The position numbers and the translations under genes are program-made. A stretch of DNA of 62,626 nucleotides from assembly GCA_050012755.1 (NCBI GenBank), contig JBEKGO010000008.1, positions 1-62,626 on the forward strand. The letters are read 5' to 3'. Every line of letters starts with the position of its first letter. The first letter of the stretch is position 1. Shown one piece after another: positions 27,929-37,620 of this stretch. The notes beneath the pieces are model-generated. The model had not been told where the DNA came from and did no database searches. It worked only from the letters and a program-made list of their open reading frames with translations. The stretch comes from Candidatus Bathyarchaeia archaeon. Its GTDB lineage: Archaea > Thermoproteota > Bathyarchaeia > Bathyarchaeales > Bathycorpusculaceae.

Positions 27929-29426
27929 CGCTGGCTTTTTTGTGTGCTGCAATGTATTCGTCTAGGCAATTGTTCTTTTTGAGGTAGAATCCATAGGTTA
28001 CGAGGGCTTTCATGGCTCTGGCTGCATCTTCGGGAGAGGGGTATGAGGGGACGCCGAGCTTGTCAAATCTTGAGCGGGTGTAAAGCGCCATTTCTGTTTC
28101 TCCAATATCGCACATGACTATGGGTTTACTGTAGCTTTCGGCGATTTTGGCTATGCCGTCTATGTATACCTCTCGGAGCCCTGGCATGTGATGAAGCCCA
28201 AGAAGGATTATGCCGCAGACCTGTGGGTCCTGGAACATCAAGTCACCAGCCATAACAAACATGTCATCAATCACTGAACCGGTGAGGTCCACGGGGTTTG
28301 AAGTAGCTGCAATTTTTAAGATGATATTTTGATCTTTTAGTTCTTGGAATTTCTGCAAGGTCTCCTCGGAGAAGCGCTCCACCGTTAACCCTAAAGCTTC
28401 ACACTCGTCAACGGTCATGACGCCTGGTCCGCCGGCGTCAGTGAGTATGGCGATGTTTTTGCCCGTGGCTGGGGGCTGCATGGCTAAGGCTTTTCCCATG
28501 TCAAAAAACTCCTCCATATCTCTCGCTCTTATCACACCCCCCTGATTGAATGCGGCGTCATAAATTTTGTCTGAACCTGCAATCGCGCCTGTATGTGAAG
28601 CTGCGGCTCTTGCGCCTGCAGCGCTTTTGCCCGATTTAATGACTACGACGGGTTTTTTGACGGTTACTTTTTTGGCTATTCTTAAGAATTCTCTTCCGTC
28701 TCTGATGTCTTCTAAATACGCAAGGGTGACTTTGGTTTCTTTATCATGAAGCAAATAATGAAGGATGTCAGTTTCGTTTACGTCGCATTTGTTGCCGAAA
28801 CTAACGAATTTGCTAACGCCCATCTGTCTTCCAGTCAAATAATCTAATGCCGCAACTCCAAAGGCTCCACTTTGGGTAATCATGGCTATGTTGCCTGGCA
28901 TCGGCCTTGGCGTAGCTACTACGTCTTCCCCCGTTGTGAGAACTTTTGTTTCCGGGAGAAACAGCGTGTCAATTCCATTTTTCGAATAATACACTCCTAG
29001 GCAGTTCGGTCCTAAAACACGTATTCCGCCTCTTTTAGCCGCTGCCACAACTTGCTCTTCAAGATCTGCGTTTCCAACTTCTCTGAAGCCTGAGCTAATT
29101 ATGATGGCAGCTTTGACTTTTTTGGTTACAGCTTCCTCCATGATGCCGGGCACAGCTGTGGCGGGAACAATAACGACAATTAACTCGACTTCGCTTGGAA
29201 TATTACTTAGCGAGTGGTAACATTTGAATCCTAAAATTGAATCTTCACCTGGGTTGACCGGGTAGAGTTCTCCTTTGAAAACGCCGTGTTCTTTGTTAGT
29301 TGCAAAATTTTTGAAAATGACATGGCCTGCTTTATCCACTTTTTTTGTAGCGCCGATGACTGCTACTGAATGTGGGTTGAAGAATGCGTTAAGTTTCTGT
29401 GTGGCTTCTTCCATAACTGTTTTCAC
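27912..29426 (-). CDS. acdA: Acetate/acyl-CoA ligase (ADP-forming) alpha subunit
   Basis: FFNPHSVAVIGA, LGPNCLG, TQSGAFG, AASHTGAIAG phospho-His, TDAGGPG, NPVDLTG. Confidence 0.92.
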   Translation of the reverse strand: MKTVMEEATQKLNAFFNPHSVAVIGATKKVDKAGHVIFKNFATNKEHGVFKGELYPVNPGEDSILGFKCYHSLSNIPSEVELIVVIVPATAVPGIMEEAVTKKVKAAIIISSGFREVGNADLEEQVVAAAKRGGIRVLGPNCLGVYYSKNGIDTLFLPETKVLTTGEDVVATPRPMPGNIAMITQSGAFGVAALDYLTGRQMGVSKFVSFGNKCDVNETDILHYLLHDKETKVTLAYLEDIRDGREFLRIAKKVTVKKPVVVIKSGKSAAGARAAASHTGAIAGSDKIYDAAFNQGGVIRARDMEEFFDMGKALAMQPPATGKNIAILTDAGGPGVMTVDECEALGLTVERFSEETLQKFQELKDQNIILKIAATSNPVDLTGSVIDDMFVMAGDLMFQDPQVCGIILLGLHHMPGLREVYIDGIAKIAESYSKPIVMCDIGETEMALYTRSRFDKLGVPSYPSPEDAARAMKALVTYGFYLKKNNCLDEYIAAHKKASVKDSK

Positions 29427-29489
29427 CGTTTCCGCTATGAGCGTTCAAGCCAAGTTTTTATGTTTTGCTATACTCAAAGGTTCTTTCAA

Positions 29490-30365
29490 TTAAACTATTA
29501 TTTGTTTCTTTTTGCCATCGTTGAGCCAATTTTTTCTAACAATAACCAAAGGTTTATGCTTGATTTTGGAAAGCATTTCCCAACTCACCCCGTTAACGTC
29601 CACTTGAAACCTTGCCGCCATATCCCAAACTGTGGCGCCTGACCCTGGTCCTCTGGCTTTGTCGGCTATGTTGGTGATGGTTAATGCTTCGTCCGCCTGA
29701 AGATTGCAGCCTGCAACTGCCAGCGGCGTTGAACTCTTTTTGAAATTTAAAACCCGACCAAGGATGTACGTAGCTGTTCCGCCAAAGGAATGTATGCCTC
29801 TAAATGGTTCTGGTCTTGGAGTAAAAAAGAAGTTCCTGAACCTGTAAGTTTTATCTGTGTCAGCGATAATGACACAAACGTCTTTCTGCATTTTCACTTG
29901 AATTTCTTTTTGAATTTTTTTAGCTATTTCGTCAGCATTTGTTAGTGGCAAACTCACGAAGGCATAGGGTAGGTTGGATCCGTCGATTCCTCCTTCCGAA
30001 CCAAACATGAGCGTTTGCCAAAAACCCGCATATTGAAGAGCTACTTGTTTGTGGCGGCTGCCAGACTCTAGCGGATATTCCTTTAGCCTGTGCAGTAGGC
30101 GTGGTCCAAAGTGGCTTAATATTCCAAAAGGATAACCCCAGCCGAATCGCATCCAAAAATGGGCGATAAGCCTTGCATTCAGGTTTGGTTGTATTTTGCT
30201 TTCATCAACCATGCAGCCTAAAGCTGTTGAAATTGCCTTCTCTGAAACAACAACATAATCGCAATTTTCAATTTTGCCACATAGAGCGCTTGTTATTTTG
30301 TCGATGTAGTTGTCGCCGGGTTTCCAGTAACTGGTTGTTAACGCCAATGCAGAGTACTTGGTCAT
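29490..30365 (-). CDS. CofE-like (F420:gamma-glutamyl ligase family) protein
   Basis: VVSEKAIS, GGIDGSNLP, IIADTDKT. Confidence 0.75.
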   Translation of the reverse strand: MTKYSALALTTSYWKPGDNYIDKITSALCGKIENCDYVVVSEKAISTALGCMVDESKIQPNLNARLIAHFWMRFGWGYPFGILSHFGPRLLHRLKEYPLESGSRHKQVALQYAGFWQTLMFGSEGGIDGSNLPYAFVSLPLTNADEIAKKIQKEIQVKMQKDVCVIIADTDKTYRFRNFFFTPRPEPFRGIHSFGGTATYILGRVLNFKKSSTPLAVAGCNLQADEALTITNIADKARGPGSGATVWDMAARFQVDVNGVSWEMLSKIKHKPLVIVRKNWLNDGKKKQIIV

Positions 30366-30445
30366 CAGCTGGGCACTTTCATAGATTCAGTTCTGCTCAG
30401 CCTTAATAAGACTAATTTCTGTCTCCTAAACCTCAGGTTTTTCGC

Positions 30446-30468
30446 TTTGTGGATTAAATTTTAATCCC
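30446..30468. repeat. Palindromic element copy 4 (TTTGTGGATTAAATTTTAATCCC)
   Basis: Perfect palindrome at 30451-30467; 23/23 reverse-complement identity to 19278-19300. Confidence 0.9.
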
Positions 30469-30593
30469 ATCCAACTTCTCTGTTACAGGCAAGACAAACA
30501 GAAACTTGGCTATCGATTTGCAAATAAATGGAATTCCCTGCGAATAAGCAAATTTTATATAACGGGCCAGTTTAAGAAAAAAGATAGGTAAAC

Positions 30594-31016
30594 TTGAAAA
30601 TCGGGCAGAAAAAAATGGTTCTCTCCAGAAACGTCACTATACTTGCCATAGTGATGATTTTGAACGTCGTGATAATCATCCTCTTAACTCCACTCGGCTT
30701 TGAGACCCGCCCGATATCCGCCTTGAAGACGCTCGGCTACATCGCGATTACTACCATTTTTGTCGGTCTCGCATTGGACCTGGCGTCAATCGGCCTTCTC
30801 TTCAAGAGAGTTAGAGTTAGATTAGCTTCGAGTCTGGCAATCGTCAGCTCGGTCCTCTTCTTCCTGATAATTTTCGTGGATCGAACCGGGTCTTTCTTCT
30901 CCGTGCCGATCCCTCCTGCAATTAATACCCTCGAATACATTTTCATTGTCGTACTGATTGTAACTCTCTTATCGGCGTTTATGGTCTACAGAGGGAATAA
31001 ACCTGCTTCAAGCTGA
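30594..31016 (+). CDS. Hypothetical 4-TM membrane protein
   Basis: Four hydrophobic helices; lies alone between palindrome copies 4 and 5. Confidence 0.75.
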   Translation: MKIGQKKMVLSRNVTILAIVMILNVVIIILLTPLGFETRPISALKTLGYIAITTIFVGLALDLASIGLLFKRVRVRLASSLAIVSSVLFFLIIFVDRTGSFFSVPIPPAINTLEYIFIVVLIVTLLSAFMVYRGNKPASS

Positions 31017-31141
31017 AGATAAATGGGAAATAACTGATTGCATTTACGTTTAATGTGTTGAAGAGTTTAGTAAATGCGATCTAACTTAATTGATGAACGC
31101 ATCAAGGATAGAATGCTAACGGCGTTTCTTTTTGGTTGGTC

Positions 31142-31170
31142 GGATTAAATTTTAATCCCCAAACCCAAAC
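31142..31170. repeat. Palindromic element copy 5 (GGATTAAATTTTAATCCCCAAACCCAAAC)
   Basis: Exact reverse complement of 19267-19295. Confidence 0.92.
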
Positions 31171-31358
31171 TACGATTGATTAACTAACTATTATTCTCCC
31201 TCTCATATTTTCTCAGTTAGACTCACAGACAGACTCAGACAGAACCAAATATGGAGGTCTTTTTCAAGAGTTTCCGTTAAGTAAGCAAACCTTGACTAAA
31301 GTCAGTCAAGAGACCTTTACGAGAAGCCTTTTATTGAAAACTAGTTGCAGATATAATC

Positions 31359-33749
31359 ATGGAAAGCAAGAGTAAGAGTTTTGCATTATTTCTTATTCTG
31401 ATCATGGTCATCTCAAGTATATTTCTCTTTGAAACTCTACCTTTAGGATCAGCTCAAAGTGGAACAAACGTAACAGGTGTTATAACCTCAGATACCACTT
31501 GGACAAGAACGAACAGTCCATACAATCTCACTTCACCCGTGATTGTTAATTATGGTACAACTTTAACGTTGCAACCTGGTGCAACTGTGAACCTCAACGG
31601 CTACAACCTGCAAGTAAACGGGATTCTACAATCACTAGGCAGCAACGATAACAACATAGTTTTTGACTCTTCTGGGGGAAATGTTGTCTTGACAGCAAGC
31701 AGTTCAAGCTGGAACGAACAAGCAAACACAGGATGCATAATCGAAAATTCAGTGTTCAACAATGCCTCGGTATCCGTCAGTAACGCAGCACCAAAGATAA
31801 ACAACAACACCATCAACAACATAGGAAGTGAAAACGGAGCTATTTACATGGAAAGCGGCGCCCCCATAATCTCAGACAACAACATCAATGGAGACATCCA
31901 GTGTTTAGATGATGCATCTCCCACCATAACCAACAACTTTATTCATGGAGGAATAAGTGGCGAAGGCTTTGATCTATCTGCACCCGTGATTATTAACAAC
32001 ACCATTGAAAGCGGAACAGGCCAGATGGTGCCAGGCTCAGGAATCTATGATGACGGAAGCAACTACTATGTAGCCAACAACACTATTTTCGGCTGTGCAA
32101 CAGGAATAGATGTTGAAGATGGCATATCAACAATCATTGGAAACTTGATTGTTAACAACACGGATGGAATTTACTTAGGAAGAGGGGTGTCAACGATTCT
32201 GCACAATACCATCTCCAACAACACTGTTGGGCTTGGTGGTTCTGAAAATGCAGGTTCGGTTGCTTATAATGATCTCGTAAGCAACTTAAAATACACCTTA
32301 AGCGGAAATTTAACATTTAATTGGTGGGGAACAACTAACCAACAAACAATCGCCCAGACACTGCCCAGTTCAGCCACCTTCGTTCCCTTCCTTACTGCAC
32401 CAGACCCCGCTGCTCCAGCAATTCCTAGTCAAAACCCAGCGCCTTATCCAACTCCAACACCGAGTCCTTATCCAACACCTACTCCTTCTCCAACTCCATC
32501 ACCAATTGCAACGCCGACTCCAACTCCTTCCCAAACACCCACTCAAAGTGGCACAAACGTGAGTTACATAATATACTCGGACACTACCTGGACCCAGGCA
32601 AACAGTCCATATAATTTCACTGGAAATGTCCTTGTGAACCAGGGAGTTACCTTAACAATAGGCACCGATGCTATAGTCGACCTAAACAACTATTACTTAA
32701 GAGTTAATGGTACAGTAATAGTTCAACCCGGCGCAACTATTAACATGGGACTCATAGGAGATGGCATAGACGTTTATGGCACCTTGCGCGCAGAGGGCAC
32801 AAGCACAAACCCAATTCACATAAACGGCAGCGAACAAAGTCACATTATTGTAGCCTTCTTTTCCGCCATTACCTTCTTCCCATCCAGCACAAACTGGAAC
32901 CAACAAACCAATTCAGGCTCACTCATAGAAAACGTAATTTTTAGCAGCACCGAATTTGAAATACAAAGCGGAATAAAAATCAGCGACAACACTTTTCTCA
33001 GCGGAGAATTAACCGTAGAACAAGGTTCACCCACGATTATAAACAACAATATTTCAACTGGACTCAGCATTATTCAAAACCCTAACCTTCCATATAACGC
33101 CACTGGAGTGCAACCTGAAATTTCAAATAATACCATTACGGGGGGCCTCTCAGTTGACGCTGGAAGCGGAATCGTTACTGACAATATTATTTATGGCATA
33201 ACTATAAACGATGGATACGGATCGCCTGTTTCAACTTTAATTGAACGTAATTTGATAACTAATGCTACAACGGGAATTTCATGTGACATACAAAGCGCCA
33301 ACAACAACAAAGTAATTATCGAGAACAACACAGTCACCAATAATTCTGTGGGAATTCAGATAGGAAGCCCACAGGTGCCAACGATAATAGACAACAACAT
33401 TTATGGGAATTCTTATAACGCAAAACTTTCAGAATCCTCAGAAATTGGTCTCCCCAATAATTGGTGGGGTACAACCGATGTTCAAGCAATCAACCAAACT
33501 ATTTATGACATCAAATATGACTTTAACTTAGGCACAATAAACTTCTTACCTATCTTGATTGCACCAAACCCACAAGCTACTCCTAATCAAACAGTTCCAA
33601 ACCCGAGTCCAACTCCTTCCCCAACATCCACCTCAATTCCAGAATCTCCGCAAGTCCCCGCCTTTGCCTTTGCATTTCTTGTTACAGTAATCTTAGTTGG
33701 AACAACTTTGATCAGGAAAAGGCAACCTAAAAAATTAAAACATAGTTAA
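31359..33749 (+). CDS. Cell-surface glycoprotein with two parallel beta-helix (NosD/pectin-lyase-like) modules, PT-rich linker and C-terminal IPE-TM-basic anchor
   Basis: Signal peptide; QSGTNV..SDTTWT..NSPYN and NWWGTT each occur twice; (PT/PS)n linker; IPE plus TM plus RKRQPKK. Confidence 0.85.
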   Translation: MESKSKSFALFLILIMVISSIFLFETLPLGSAQSGTNVTGVITSDTTWTRTNSPYNLTSPVIVNYGTTLTLQPGATVNLNGYNLQVNGILQSLGSNDNNIVFDSSGGNVVLTASSSSWNEQANTGCIIENSVFNNASVSVSNAAPKINNNTINNIGSENGAIYMESGAPIISDNNINGDIQCLDDASPTITNNFIHGGISGEGFDLSAPVIINNTIESGTGQMVPGSGIYDDGSNYYVANNTIFGCATGIDVEDGISTIIGNLIVNNTDGIYLGRGVSTILHNTISNNTVGLGGSENAGSVAYNDLVSNLKYTLSGNLTFNWWGTTNQQTIAQTLPSSATFVPFLTAPDPAAPAIPSQNPAPYPTPTPSPYPTPTPSPTPSPIATPTPTPSQTPTQSGTNVSYIIYSDTTWTQANSPYNFTGNVLVNQGVTLTIGTDAIVDLNNYYLRVNGTVIVQPGATINMGLIGDGIDVYGTLRAEGTSTNPIHINGSEQSHIIVAFFSAITFFPSSTNWNQQTNSGSLIENVIFSSTEFEIQSGIKISDNTFLSGELTVEQGSPTIINNNISTGLSIIQNPNLPYNATGVQPEISNNTITGGLSVDAGSGIVTDNIIYGITINDGYGSPVSTLIERNLITNATTGISCDIQSANNNKVIIENNTVTNNSVGIQIGSPQVPTIIDNNIYGNSYNAKLSESSEIGLPNNWWGTTDVQAINQTIYDIKYDFNLGTINFLPILIAPNPQATPNQTVPNPSPTPSPTSTSIPESPQVPAFAFAFLVTVILVGTTLIRKRQPKKLKHS

Positions 33750-33830
33750 TTCTGGCTTCTGGTTTTCATCGCAAACTTAGAATAAATTGCATTGCTCAAA
33801 AATTCTTAGTCAGCGAAAAACCAACAGTCA

Positions 33831-33857
33831 GTTTGGGTTTGGTGATTAAGTTTTACC
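33831..33857. repeat. Palindromic element copy 6, degenerate (GTTTGGGTTTGGTGATTAAGTTTTACC)
   Basis: First 19 nt match copy 2 at 18 positions; distal half decayed. Confidence 0.7.
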
Positions 33858-34036
33858 TTTTTTATCTGCCTGAACGACTTTTCATAAGCCTTTTTGGTAC
33901 GTTTCTGTTCTTTTCTGTACGTTTCCATTCTATTCCATTCATTTCTGTTCTTTTTCAACCTTTTCTGTACGTGACCTGCAACTAATTCAAAGCCTAAATC
34001 AAAAAAGCAACCTAAAACACAAAGAAAAAAATTGCG

Positions 34037-35092
34037 CTAAAAAATTGAGTAGGGAAAGCGCAGGTTGTTCTGGTAGACTTTGCCTTTGATTGGAATTTGT
34101 TGTCCACATACGGGGCATCGCATATCTGGGGTTAGGTTCCACTGTGTGATGTCGAAGCTGCTGCGTTTGATGATGGCGGTGTCGCAGTTTGGGCAGTAAG
34201 TGTTCTCACCGGGGTGGCCAGGTACATTTCCGATGTAAACGTAGTTTAATCCTTGGTTCTTCGCTGTCAACAGTGCTCTTTCCATGTCCTCAACACTGGT
34301 GGCAGGAAGAGTTGTTAATTTGTATTCAGGATGAAAACGCAGCAGGTGAAAAGGCGTGTCTTTGCCCAAGTAATCTCTGATCCAAATTGCCAAATCTTTT
34401 ATTCTGTCAATTGAGTCGCCTGTTTTTGGAACAACTAAATTTGTGATTTCAATATGGACATCATTTAACTTGAGTTCTTTTAGGCTTTCATAAATTGGGG
34501 CTACATTAGGCACTGCCATTACGGATTTGTAGAAGTCTGGGTCTGCGCCGCCTTTAAAATCAACAGTTGCCGCATCCAAGTAAGGCGCGATAGTTTTTAC
34601 GGCTTCGGGAGTCATGTACCCGTTAGTGACAAAGGTGTTAAACAAACCTTTTTCATGTGCAATTTTAGCTGTGTCATAAGCGTACTCCATGAAAATAGTT
34701 GGTTCGGTGTATGTGTAGCTGATTCCTTGGCATTGGCTGTCCAGAGCAGATTTGACTATTTCTTCCGGAGGGAAGGGTCTGCCGGAGATTTCTTTGTCCT
34801 GGCTTATCATCCAATTGTCGCAGAATTGGCATCGGAAATTGCAGCCTGCCGCGGCAACAGACATGACCAATGCGCCGGGGTTGAAGTGTGAAAGTGGCTT
34901 CTTGCTGATCGGGTCAACGCCCGCGGAAACAGCTTTCCCATAATTTAGCGTGTACAGTGTGCCGCCTTGATTTTTTCTTACCAAGCAGAATCCTTGTCCA
35001 TTATCATTTATGAGGCAGCGTCTGGCACATAAGCAGCATTTTACTTTGTTTTCAGCTTGCTTTTCATAAAGCATGGCTTCATGAAGTGACAT
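34037..35092 (-). CDS. amrS: AmmeMemoRadiSam system radical SAM enzyme
   Basis: CCLCARRC, DPISKKPLSHF, GCNFRCQFC, YTYTEP, PFHLLRFHP, YIGNVPG..TYCPNC. Confidence 0.92.
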   Translation of the reverse strand: MSLHEAMLYEKQAENKVKCCLCARRCLINDNGQGFCLVRKNQGGTLYTLNYGKAVSAGVDPISKKPLSHFNPGALVMSVAAAGCNFRCQFCDNWMISQDKEISGRPFPPEEIVKSALDSQCQGISYTYTEPTIFMEYAYDTAKIAHEKGLFNTFVTNGYMTPEAVKTIAPYLDAATVDFKGGADPDFYKSVMAVPNVAPIYESLKELKLNDVHIEITNLVVPKTGDSIDRIKDLAIWIRDYLGKDTPFHLLRFHPEYKLTTLPATSVEDMERALLTAKNQGLNYVYIGNVPGHPGENTYCPNCDTAIIKRSSFDITQWNLTPDMRCPVCGQQIPIKGKVYQNNLRFPYSIF

Positions 35093-35143
35093 AATTCTAC
35101 TGACTCCAAAAGACTAGAAGTGTTTTTTGTTTAAAAGCATTAA

Positions 35144-35476
35144 CTACAAGAGCTTGTTGAAGAAGCAGGTTGGTGCGCCGGTGTGGCATACGACCCCTTT
35201 CTGCTCTACGACATACAATAAGGCGTCGTAGTCGCAGTCGGTTGAAACTGAAATGATTTTTTGGGTGTTTCCTGAGGTTTCGCCTTTTATCCATAGTTCG
35301 TTTCGGGACCTACTCCAATAGGTGGCTTTTCGTGTTTTTAATGTTAATTCAACTGCTTCTTTGTTTGCGTAGGCCAGCATCAATGTTTCTTTGGTTTTTG
35401 CGTCTTGAACAACCACTGGGATAAGTCCGTTGCCTTTTTTGAAATCAAGTTTTTCAAGCAAATCTTTTGTTGTCAT
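35144..35476 (-). CDS. hisI: Phosphoribosyl-AMP cyclohydrolase
   Basis: [35 protein letters not shown]. Confidence 0.96.
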   Translation of the reverse strand: MTTKDLLEKLDFKKGNGLIPVVVQDAKTKETLMLAYANKEAVELTLKTRKATYWSRSRNELWIKGETSGNTQKIISVSTDCDYDALLYVVEQKGVVCHTGAPTCFFNKLL

Positions 35477-36276
35477 TGTCTAATTGTCACCCCCGCTTTA
35501 CGAAGGTAATTTTTCACAATTGGAACTGGATACTGGTTGTAGTGGAAAATTGAAGCTGCCAATGCTGCATCTGCTTTCCCTTCGGTGAACACGTCGAGTA
35601 GATGTTTGGGTGTTCCAGCGCCGCCGCTTGCGATGATTGGAACGTTTACGCGTTCGGAGATTGCTCGGGTTAGCTCGATGTCGTAGCCGTCTTTGGTGCC
35701 ATCTCTATCCATTGACGTTACAAGGAACTCGCCTGCCCCCAACTTCTCAGCGTGTAGCGCCCAGGCTATGGCGTCGATTCCTGTGGGTTTTCTGCCTCCG
35801 TAAGTGACCACTTCAAACCACAATTTGCCTTCGGCTGTGTCAATCATAATTTTGCCGCCGCTTGGCGTGCGGTTTCTTTTGGCGTCAATGGCACAAACTA
35901 CACATTGCCTTCCAAAAACATCAGACAGTTCAGTTATGACTTTGGGGTTTTCAACGGCTGCTGTGTTAACGGATACTTTGTCTGCGCCGTTGCACAAAAC
36001 CAACCTTGCATCTGAGACGTTTCTGACTCCGCCGCCAACGGTGAAAGGGATACTGATGGCTTTGGCTACGCCTTCAACAACGCCTCGAAGAATGTCTCTT
36101 TTTTCAGATGAAGCGGTGATGTCGAGGAAAACCAGTTCGTCTGCGCCGTCGTCTGAGTATCGTTTCGCCATTTCCACTGGGTCTCCTGCGCATTTAGGAT
36201 TTAGGAAGTTTATGCATTTGACAACTTTTCCATGATCGACGTCGAGACATGGAATAATACGTTTGGCTAACGGCAT
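35473..36276 (-). CDS. hisF: Imidazole glycerol phosphate synthase cyclase subunit
   Basis: [41 protein letters not shown]. Confidence 0.97.
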   Translation of the reverse strand: MPLAKRIIPCLDVDHGKVVKCINFLNPKCAGDPVEMAKRYSDDGADELVFLDITASSEKRDILRGVVEGVAKAISIPFTVGGGVRNVSDARLVLCNGADKVSVNTAAVENPKVITELSDVFGRQCVVCAIDAKRNRTPSGGKIMIDTAEGKLWFEVVTYGGRKPTGIDAIAWALHAEKLGAGEFLVTSMDRDGTKDGYDIELTRAISERVNVPIIASGGAGTPKHLLDVFTEGKADAALAASIFHYNQYPVPIVKNYLRKAGVTIRQ

Positions 36277-36279
36277 CTT

Positions 36280-37005
36280 TTAGGCTCCAATAATTTTGAT
36301 TGCTTCTTTTAGAATGAATCTGCCTTCGTAAAGGGCTTTCCCGATAACTGCGCCTTCAACCCCGATTTCCTTGAGTGCCGCTAAGTCTCCTAAGCTGCCT
36401 ATTCCGCCAGCCGCTATTATTTTGGCGTTCGGGTGTAAAGCAGCTTCGCTCAAGGTTTGCAAATCTGGCCCAGTTAACATGCCATCTTGTACTATAGACG
36501 TAATCAGAAAACGGCTGACGCCTAGTTGAGTGTATTTCTCAAGTGCATCGTCTACACTCATAGCGATTTCGGTTTGCCAACCCTCAACCATAATCCGCCC
36601 TTCTCGATTATCCAAAGCAACGATTACTGAATCTCTGCCAAATTTTCTTTGGATTTTGCCGATAGCTGAAGGGTCGCTGAAGGCTAAAGCGCCGAGAATT
36701 ACTTGGGCGATTCCTGTTTGGAAGAGTTTTTCTGCGGTTTCATAGTTGCGTATTCCGCCCCCGACTTGAATGGGCAATTTGATATTTTTTGCAATTTCAG
36801 CGATAACAGAGTGATTGTTACCCTTTACAAAAGCTGCATCTAAATCGATTATGTGAAGTTTCCCTGCGCCTTCATCTCGCCACCGTTTTGCAGCTTCTAG
36901 CGGTGTTCCAAACTTTTCCTCATAGACTTTGGCCGTTTTAGGGTCTCCTTTGGATAGGCGCACGATTTTACCATTCATTAGGTCGATTGCTGGAATCAAC
37001 TGCAT
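36280..37005 (-). CDS. hisA: ProFAR isomerase
   Basis: IPAIDL, LHIIDLDAA, QVGGGIR, DGMLTGPD. Confidence 0.96.
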   Translation of the reverse strand: MQLIPAIDLMNGKIVRLSKGDPKTAKVYEEKFGTPLEAAKRWRDEGAGKLHIIDLDAAFVKGNNHSVIAEIAKNIKLPIQVGGGIRNYETAEKLFQTGIAQVILGALAFSDPSAIGKIQRKFGRDSVIVALDNREGRIMVEGWQTEIAMSVDDALEKYTQLGVSRFLITSIVQDGMLTGPDLQTLSEAALHPNAKIIAAGGIGSLGDLAALKEIGVEGAVIGKALYEGRFILKEAIKIIGA

Positions 37006-37012
37006 AGCAAAA

Positions 37013-37618
37013 TCACCTTATCACTACTTTAGCGAAGTTTTTGAGGATTTTCAGGCCTAAGTCGCCTGATTTTTCTGGGTGAAATTGGGTGCCGTAGATG
37101 TTTTTGCTGGCTATCGCTGAAGTAAATGTAGTACCGTACTCTGTTTGTGTGCAAACAATTTTTTTGTCAACGGGTACGGGGTAGAGCGAGTGGACAAAGT
37201 AAACGAACGAGCCTTCAGCTATGTCTTCGAAAAGTTCGTTTTGTTTTACAATGTTTAATGTGTTCCAGCCCATGTGCGGGACTTTAACAGTGCTTGGTAG
37301 TCGAACGTTTTTGCCTTTGAAGAGTGATAAGCCGTTTCCCGGCCCTTCTTCGCTTTTCTCGAAGAAAAGTTGCAAGCCCAAGCAAATTCCAAGCATAGGT
37401 GTTCCATTCTGAATTCTGTTAACGAGTGTTTCTTTGACTGAGTTCAGTTTGTCTGCTGCTGGAGTGAAAGCTCCGACCCCTGGTAATGCAATGGCGTCAG
37501 CCTTGGCGAGTTCTTTTGCTGAAGTTCCGATGGATGCGTCCAAGCCTGCTTTTTCCAGCGCGGTTTTTAGGCTCAGTAAGTTGCCTACGCCGTAGTCGAA
37601 AATGACTGTTTTCGCCAC
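37013..37618 (-). CDS. hisH: Imidazole glycerol phosphate synthase glutaminase subunit
   Basis: DYGVGNL, LPGVGAF, GICLGLQ, PHMGWN, QFHPEKS. Confidence 0.97.
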   Translation of the reverse strand: MAKTVIFDYGVGNLLSLKTALEKAGLDASIGTSAKELAKADAIALPGVGAFTPAADKLNSVKETLVNRIQNGTPMLGICLGLQLFFEKSEEGPGNGLSLFKGKNVRLPSTVKVPHMGWNTLNIVKQNELFEDIAEGSFVYFVHSLYPVPVDKKIVCTQTEYGTTFTSAIASKNIYGTQFHPEKSGDLGLKILKNFAKVVIR

Positions 37619-37620
37619 TC

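Larger units (their letters stand above)
31142..33857. mobile_element. Putative non-autonomous cassette: surface-protein gene between inverted terminal repeats
   Basis: Left ...CCCCAAACCCAAAC and right GTTTGGGTTTGGTGATTAAG... are inverted; no transposase and no clear TSD. Confidence 0.45.

Noticed and set aside
16313-33857. CRISPR array interpretation of the 34-nt GTTT-starting repeat
   Set aside because: Copies are 0.7-11 kb apart and in mixed orientation, with no 30-45 nt spacers and no intact cas genes
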